Shown here piece after piece: positions 58,744 to 64,000 of a DNA stretch of 64,000 nucleotides. The notes beneath the pieces were generated by a model. The model saw only the letters and a list, made by a program, of their open reading frames with translations, was not told the DNA's origin and ran no database searches. This DNA comes from an uncultured Verrucomicrobiae bacterium. Lineage in GTDB: Bacteria > Verrucomicrobiota > Verrucomicrobiia > Limisphaerales > Palsa-1400. Each line of letters begins with the position of its first letter. Position 1 is the stretch's first letter. Location of the stretch: positions 4,512,001-4,576,000 of the forward strand of contig OY969763.1 in the NCBI GenBank assembly GCA_963702845.1, in the 5' to 3' direction. Position numbers and translations under genes: made by a program.

Positions 58744-60750
58744 TTAATTATTCGCCAGAGCATTCTTCGCACCTGGCGACATATCCAATTTCTGCAATGC
58801 TGCGTAAATCTCCCGCGCAACCGGCGCGCAGGTTAAGCCGCCCGAACCACCACTCTCCACCATGACAACGACAGCCCACCTCGGGCGATCGACTGGCGCG
58901 TAGGACACAAACCACGTGGTTTTGTCTTTGACACCGGGGCGCTTAATCTCAGCAGTGCCGGTTTTTCCAGCAACTTGAAAGCTTAAAGGTTCTTTGCCGG
59001 CGTTGTGGAATGCGCCGTAGGCGTTGGCTTCGGGGTTCTCCGTGTCGAGGCGCATCGCTTCGCGAAGTATCTCCAAATGGCGGGGGTTGATCTTTACAAT
59101 ATCACGAACATTCCCGCTCTGGTGTGAGGCCAGTTCGAAAGGTTCCTCAGCGGAACGGTGATCGAGGACCACGCGCGGCCAGAATAGTTTTCCGCCATTG
59201 GCGATGGAACTGACGAAGCAGGCCATTTGAATCGGCGTTGTCGTAACTTCCTGGCCGATGCAGAAGTTCGCCAAACGACCCGGCGCGAGTTTTGTGGCCT
59301 GATCTGGCGTCGGCATATAACCGCTCACTTCTGGAGTGCCGATTTCAGTTTTTTCGCCGAGATGAAAGCGTCTGGCGACTTCCATCAACTTGCGCGCCCC
59401 GGCGAGCCTGATGCCGTTAGTGATGAAATAGGCGTTGCTGGATTTGTAGAACGCGCGCTTTAAGTCGAAATCACCTGCGCCAGCGGTGTCTTTGATTTCG
59501 TGGCCACCCTTCGGTCGATAAGCGCCCGGTAAGTAGATTAATTCGTTTGGATCGAGGCCGGATTCGAGACAGGCCAGCGCTGTAATGATTTTGAATGTTG
59601 ACCCCGGATTATACGCGCCAAATGTTGCGCGATTGAACATCGGGCGACGAATTTCATCATTCATCTTAGCCCAGTCGGCTGGACTCACACCATTTGCAAA
59701 ACCGTTGGGATCAAACGTCGGGCTCGAGGCCATCGCAAGCACGTCGCCATTGTTCACATCCATCACGATCGCCGCGCCGTGATAAGGACTGAGTTCATGC
59801 TCGACGGCCTTTTGGATGTTGGCGTCAATTGTCAAAAACACGTTGTCGCCGGGCTCGCTCGGGTCGGTGTGCCCCTCGCGCTGGCGGTAGTGCATGTTGT
59901 TGATGACGATCCATTTTGTGCCGGGCTTGCCGCGAAGGTCTTCGTCATTTGCGGCTTCCATGCCGATCACGCCTTGATAATCGCGATCGTAATAGCGATA
60001 GATCTGCCGCTCTTCATCGGGCGGTTCCTGCGGTTGGGCGTAACCGAGGAGGTGCGCGGCACGGGTGCCGTATGGATATTTGCGGACGGCTTCGATTTCC
60101 AATTCGACGTCGGGTTGGTCGGACAACGTTTCGGCGTAGGAAGCGACCTGGTGCTTGTCCAAGCCGGAAATAATTGTGAACGGAACGTAGCGATGATCGG
60201 CGTAATGGGTTTGGAATTTTTTCAAATCGAGTGGCGCGTTGGTATGCAGGATCGTGCCGATTTGGGCGGTGAGGTTGCTCACCACATTGTAGCTGGCGAT
60301 TTTTTGCAGGTCGTTGCGCGTTGCCAAGGGAATGCTGGTCCGCGTCGTTGCTGAACTTGACCGCATACCAATGGCGGCTAGAACCTTCTGCATAAGGCCG
60401 ACCTTGACCGGGATTTTGACTTCCGGATGCGCAGCCACATACGCCGGCAAAATGTGATTGGTATATTCGAAGTAAAATTGGCTTCGCAGTTCTTCGAGAT
60501 AAACGTTGATGGCAAAGCGCGGTTGGTTCTCGGCGAGAACGCGGCCGTTGCGATCAAAGATTCTTCCGCGAATCGGCGCGATGCGAACCGAACGAAAACT
60601 CTGTTTCTCTGAATTTTTCTCGAACTTCTTTCCCGAAACAATCTGCACGAACCACAACCCAGTCAGCAAAACGACCAACCCAGCCACCACGATCATGGAG
60701 ATCGTGCGCAACTGGCTGTCATCTCGTTTCAACTGGTCGAAAATAAACAT
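58744..60750 (-). CDS. mrdA: Penicillin-binding protein 2
   Basis: RGRIFDRNG, PGSTFK (SxxK), SSN, KTGTAE; operon context. Confidence 0.92.
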   Translation of the reverse strand: MFIFDQLKRDDSQLRTISMIVVAGLVVLLTGLWFVQIVSGKKFEKNSEKQSFRSVRIAPIRGRIFDRNGRVLAENQPRFAINVYLEELRSQFYFEYTNHILPAYVAAHPEVKIPVKVGLMQKVLAAIGMRSSSATTRTSIPLATRNDLQKIASYNVVSNLTAQIGTILHTNAPLDLKKFQTHYADHRYVPFTIISGLDKHQVASYAETLSDQPDVELEIEAVRKYPYGTRAAHLLGYAQPQEPPDEERQIYRYYDRDYQGVIGMEAANDEDLRGKPGTKWIVINNMHYRQREGHTDPSEPGDNVFLTIDANIQKAVEHELSPYHGAAIVMDVNNGDVLAMASSPTFDPNGFANGVSPADWAKMNDEIRRPMFNRATFGAYNPGSTFKIITALACLESGLDPNELIYLPGAYRPKGGHEIKDTAGAGDFDLKRAFYKSSNAYFITNGIRLAGARKLMEVARRFHLGEKTEIGTPEVSGYMPTPDQATKLAPGRLANFCIGQEVTTTPIQMACFVSSIANGGKLFWPRVVLDHRSAEEPFELASHQSGNVRDIVKINPRHLEILREAMRLDTENPEANAYGAFHNAGKEPLSFQVAGKTGTAEIKRPGVKDKTTWFVSYAPVDRPRWAVVVMVESGGSGGLTCAPVAREIYAALQKLDMSPGAKNALANN

Positions 60751-60772
60751 GAAAGAAGTTAGGCGATAGAAG

Positions 60773-61336
60773 CTAGGAATTTAGAGTTGAGCGACCGCGT
60801 TTGATTTGGCGGTCGGCGCGGAATGGGGCGTCGATGCGCGGCTGATAGGTCAACGCGTTCTGCACGCGAGCGAATAATTTGAAAAACAGTGGCGCGGCAA
60901 TTCCGCCACCCATTGCCATGACGATCAATTGCCAAACCGATCGCCAGCCGAGCAACGGAACATTTCCATCGTTCATCAACAGGAACAACGTCATCACGGG
61001 ATGCAGCACGCTTGCGACTGCGCCCATAATGAATTGGGCGAATGGATGTTCGCGGAGCAACAACTCGCGCTCGCGGTAAATGACGAAACCGATCAGGAAC
61101 AAGGGAAGGATGCTGACGCCGAGCGTATTCAGGGAAAGCGAATCGAAAAACAAACCGCCTAGAATTGCGAGCAGAACGACGGTGACGATGTCGCTGGTTA
61201 AAGCGGTAAAGACCATCAGCGCCGGAAGCAAATCCACTTGAGCGCCGAAGATGTTGCGAATGAAACCAACATGCGCCTCGAGAAACACAGCCACATAGGC
61301 GATCGCTAAAATGAAAATGGTGTTGAGCGAGTTCAT
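60773..61336 (-). CDS. mreD: Rod shape-determining protein MreD
   Basis: Multi-TM protein between mreC and mrdA; GGLFFDSLS. Confidence 0.82.
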   Translation of the reverse strand: MNSLNTIFILAIAYVAVFLEAHVGFIRNIFGAQVDLLPALMVFTALTSDIVTVVLLAILGGLFFDSLSLNTLGVSILPLFLIGFVIYRERELLLREHPFAQFIMGAVASVLHPVMTLFLLMNDGNVPLLGWRSVWQLIVMAMGGGIAAPLFFKLFARVQNALTYQPRIDAPFRADRQIKRGRSTLNS

Positions 61337-62247
61337 CTGGTGGTAGGGCGCGTCAGTCCTCTGCTCGCCGGGGATGATGCGGGCTTCGTTCGACGTTCGA
61401 TGTTTGGCGTCGGACGTTCAACGTTCGTCTGCCCTGCCTCAGGCATCATCACCCAGACTTCTTCCAACGCGGCGAGGTTCGCAAAAAGTTGCACGCGGGC
61501 TTCAGTCGTGAGTCCGTTGTCACGGCTGCGTTTGTCGACGAGCCGACCGATCGGAATTCCGGCCGGAAAAACTCCGCCATCACCCAAGGTCATGACGGCT
61601 TGTCCCGGCGACACCACGCTGCTCCCGGGCAGGTAGGTCAGATCGACCATGTTGTTTTCCTGCGGGCTGGTGGAACTGGTCATGACAATGCCAGTTTCGC
61701 GATTGGTCGTTCCGACAATAGCCGAGACGCGGACGTTCGGATCGCCAAGAAGAACGATTTGGGAGTGCGTTTCTGAAACGGATTGGACGCGACCGACCAG
61801 GCCATCGATCGTGCGAGCAGGTAATCCAACGCGAATTCCATCCCGCGCACCTAAATCAATCTGCACGCTACGCCACCAGTTGGCCGGATCATGGGCGATC
61901 ACCCGGCCGAGTTTCATCGCTGGCGCGACCTGCTTTTTCCAACCGATCGATTGGCGCAAGCGATTGTTCTCACGTTCCAATTCGGCATCGCGCGTGAGCA
62001 ATAATCGAAGCTGCTGATTCTCCAGTTGCAGACGTTTGTTTTGCTCCAGCAACTCACGTTTAGTCACGAGTAAGTTGCCGGTTTTTTCAACAGCATCGTG
62101 AGAAGAACCGGCCAAACCGAAGAGGGGTAGAAAAAGCCCGCTGATAGCCAGCTTGAATTTGCCCATGGTTTGCGCCGGCAGTTTCAGCAAAACCGCCACC
62201 ACCAGCACCACCACAATCAACCCTATAAAATGAGCCTTCTTAAACAT
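61333..62247 (-). CDS. mreC: Rod shape-determining protein MreC
   Basis: TM, coiled coil ENNRLR, IDLGARDG, GLVGRV, GGVFPAGIPIG. Confidence 0.92.
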   Translation of the reverse strand: MFKKAHFIGLIVVVLVVAVLLKLPAQTMGKFKLAISGLFLPLFGLAGSSHDAVEKTGNLLVTKRELLEQNKRLQLENQQLRLLLTRDAELERENNRLRQSIGWKKQVAPAMKLGRVIAHDPANWWRSVQIDLGARDGIRVGLPARTIDGLVGRVQSVSETHSQIVLLGDPNVRVSAIVGTTNRETGIVMTSSTSPQENNMVDLTYLPGSSVVSPGQAVMTLGDGGVFPAGIPIGRLVDKRSRDNGLTTEARVQLFANLAALEEVWVMMPEAGQTNVERPTPNIERRTKPASSPASRGLTRPTTR

Positions 62248-62278
62248 GTCGCCCCTGTGGGCGAACAAAAAAATCAAA

Positions 62279-63305
62279 TCAACTTCTGGAAGAAGCCACC
62301 CGTTTCAAGAACTGCAGCTCCTGCAAAACTCGTCCCGTTCCTTCAGCTACGGCGCTCAGCGGATCATCAGCAACGTGCACCGGGAGGCCCGTTTCTTCGG
62401 CCACCAACCGGTCTATGCCGCGCAATAATGCGCCACCGCCAGCCATCACAATCCCGCGCTCCACCAGATCCGGAGGACAACTCCGGTGGGCAGCGTTCCA
62501 GGGTAATGCGAATCGATTCCAAAATACTGGAAAGCGGTTCTTTCAAACATTCGCGAATTTCTTCCGAGCGAATGGACAAGGTCTTGGGTAGACCGGCGCT
62601 TAAATCGCGCCCTTTGACTTCCATCGTTAACTCTTTTTCCAGCGGATAGGCTGATCCAACAGCCAATTTAATTTGTTCCGCTGTGCGTTCGCCAATCATT
62701 AGATTGTAGGCTCGCTTCATGTGCGCGACGATTGTCTCGTCAAACTCATCACCACCAACGCGTAAGCTGCGGCTGAAAACAATTCCAGCCAGGGAGATGA
62801 TCGCGATTTCACAGGTGCCACCACCAATGTCGACGATCATGTTTCCCGCAGGTTCGTGCACAGGAAGACCGACACCGATAGCCGAAGCCATGGGTTGTTC
62901 GATCAAATAAACTTCGCGTGCGCCGGCGTGAGTTGCGGAATCTTTTACTGCGCGTTTTTCAACTTCGGTAATGCCTGAGGGAACAGCGACGACCACCCGG
63001 GGAGCAATGAGCTTCCGATGATGAACTTTTTGAATGAAATGTCGCAGCATCGCTTCGGTGATTTCGAAATCGGCGATAACGCCGTCTTTCATCGGCCGAA
63101 TGGCTACGATATTTCCGGGGGTGCGTCCCAGCATTCGCTTGGCTTCCTCGCCGACCGCCAGCACGTTGGTTGTGCCAGCCTCGATCGCGACCACGGAAGG
63201 CTCTCGTAAAACAATTCCCTGGTCACGGACGTATACCAGGGAATTTGCAGTCCCGAGATCAATACCGATATCGTTGGAAAACAGGCTCTTAAGTTGCGCG
63301 AACAT
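62279..63305 (-). CDS. mreB: Rod shape-determining protein MreB, one apparent frameshift at about 62470
   Basis: [26 protein letters not shown]-terminus [13 protein letters not shown] in ORF 62279..62464. Confidence 0.95.
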
Positions 63306-63454
63306 GAATGATACCTACTAGTCGTTGCGAGGTTAGAGTAGTGCGCGACTAAGGGTCAAGTTTAATAGGGGAAAACCCGCAAAAAATGAATTCATTTTGC
63401 CACCGTTAAAAAGATTACCCAAACGCGTTGGCCACATTGACGCCGAATGGAAAA

Positions 63455-64000
63455 CTAGCGGAGGCGGAGTTGGAAGAAATTTTTGTCGGCGGAGAGCGGG
63501 AGAGATAATTGCATCATACCATTGTTGGTTTGGATGCCGGTTGTCACGGGGTTCCAAAGAGCTGATGAATTGAGGTCTGGTGTTGAGAAAAGTGTTAACG
63601 GAGATGGAGGCCAGCTTAAGAGCAACTGATTTGGCTGGGTGGTTGCACGCAACGCAGGAGGCGCGTCGATTTGCGGCATCGGTTCGTCGCTGTCGTCCAG
63701 CTGATTTAGAAATCCAAGCAATTCGCCTTGTTCACCGAATGTCAGCGAACGGAAGGCGGCGTGAGGGGTGCCGTCAGGGGCATGGGCGGCGTCGAAAACG
63801 GCTAAGAGATTTGTAGCAGAGCCGTCATGAAGGTAGGGAGCTGTTTGCCAGAGACCACGCAGAGTCGGAGTATCGATGCCGGCCAGCAAATGGTGGAGAC
63901 GATTGCCACTACTGGGTTTGATTGTGCCAACGTCGTGGAGAAGGTATTGCGAGCTGTCGGTGAAATCGGCGCCGGTGTGGCAGGTGTAGCAATTAAGATC
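63455..64000 (-). CDS. Secreted c-type cytochrome (di-heme peroxidase-like C-terminal part), 5'-partial
   Basis: Read from the edge: DLNCYTCHTG (CxxCH), HDVGT, DTPTLRGLWQTAPYLHDGSA; ends KNFFQLRLR. Confidence 0.8.
   Translation of the reverse strand, partial: DLNCYTCHTGADFTDSSQYLLHDVGTIKPSSGNRLHHLLAGIDTPTLRGLWQTAPYLHDGSATNLLAVFDAAHAPDGTPHAAFRSLTFGEQGELLGFLNQLDDSDEPMPQIDAPPALRATTQPNQLLLSWPPSPLTLFSTPDLNSSALWNPVTTGIQTNNGMMQLSLPLSADKNFFQLRLR

Noticed and set aside
1..64000. CRISPR array, tRNA or rRNA genes
   Set aside because: No regularly spaced identical repeats with unique spacers, no cloverleaf or T-loop signature, and no rRNA motifs found by eye

Overview
This 64-kb window is chromosomal DNA, most likely from a Verrucomicrobiota (Pedosphaera-like) genome. 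That is an inference from the GloVer and delta-60 repeat proteins, the fused-sensor ECF sigma and the prepilin/H-X-DG protein. Housekeeping genes include parE, lepB, gnd, argG, a CDF transporter, a ferritin-like protein, hslR, beta-carbonic anhydrase and the mreB-mreC-mreD-mrdA-rodA-rne/rng operon. They are interleaved with accessory secreted proteins (RCC1, GloVer, GH16, GH25, GxGYxYP, delta-60/Ig), two ECF sigma loci, a decayed IS481-family element, a RAYT transposase with flanking REPINs and several dispersed REP families. Single-base frameshifts in parE, gnd and mreB point to assembly indel errors, so most broken genes should not be read as true pseudogenes. I saw no rRNA, tRNA or CRISPR array. 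The most unusual signals are: (1) an orphan consensus promoter plus boxA leading into two modules of 10-bp-phased repeats (7955-8369); (2) a duplicated cassette encoding divergent Cys-rich lipopeptides with a conserved operator and promoter (12183-12940), followed by a G-U-rich structured RNA candidate; (3) a terminated structured sRNA candidate behind an ECF/Ser-Thr kinase pair; (4) an orphan 'MAWTK' sensor module behind a fused-sensor ECF sigma; (5) a solitary degenerate integron attC; (6) a 32-bp promoter duplication bracketing a captured gene beside a REP element. All family calls come from motif recognition by eye; no database search was run.
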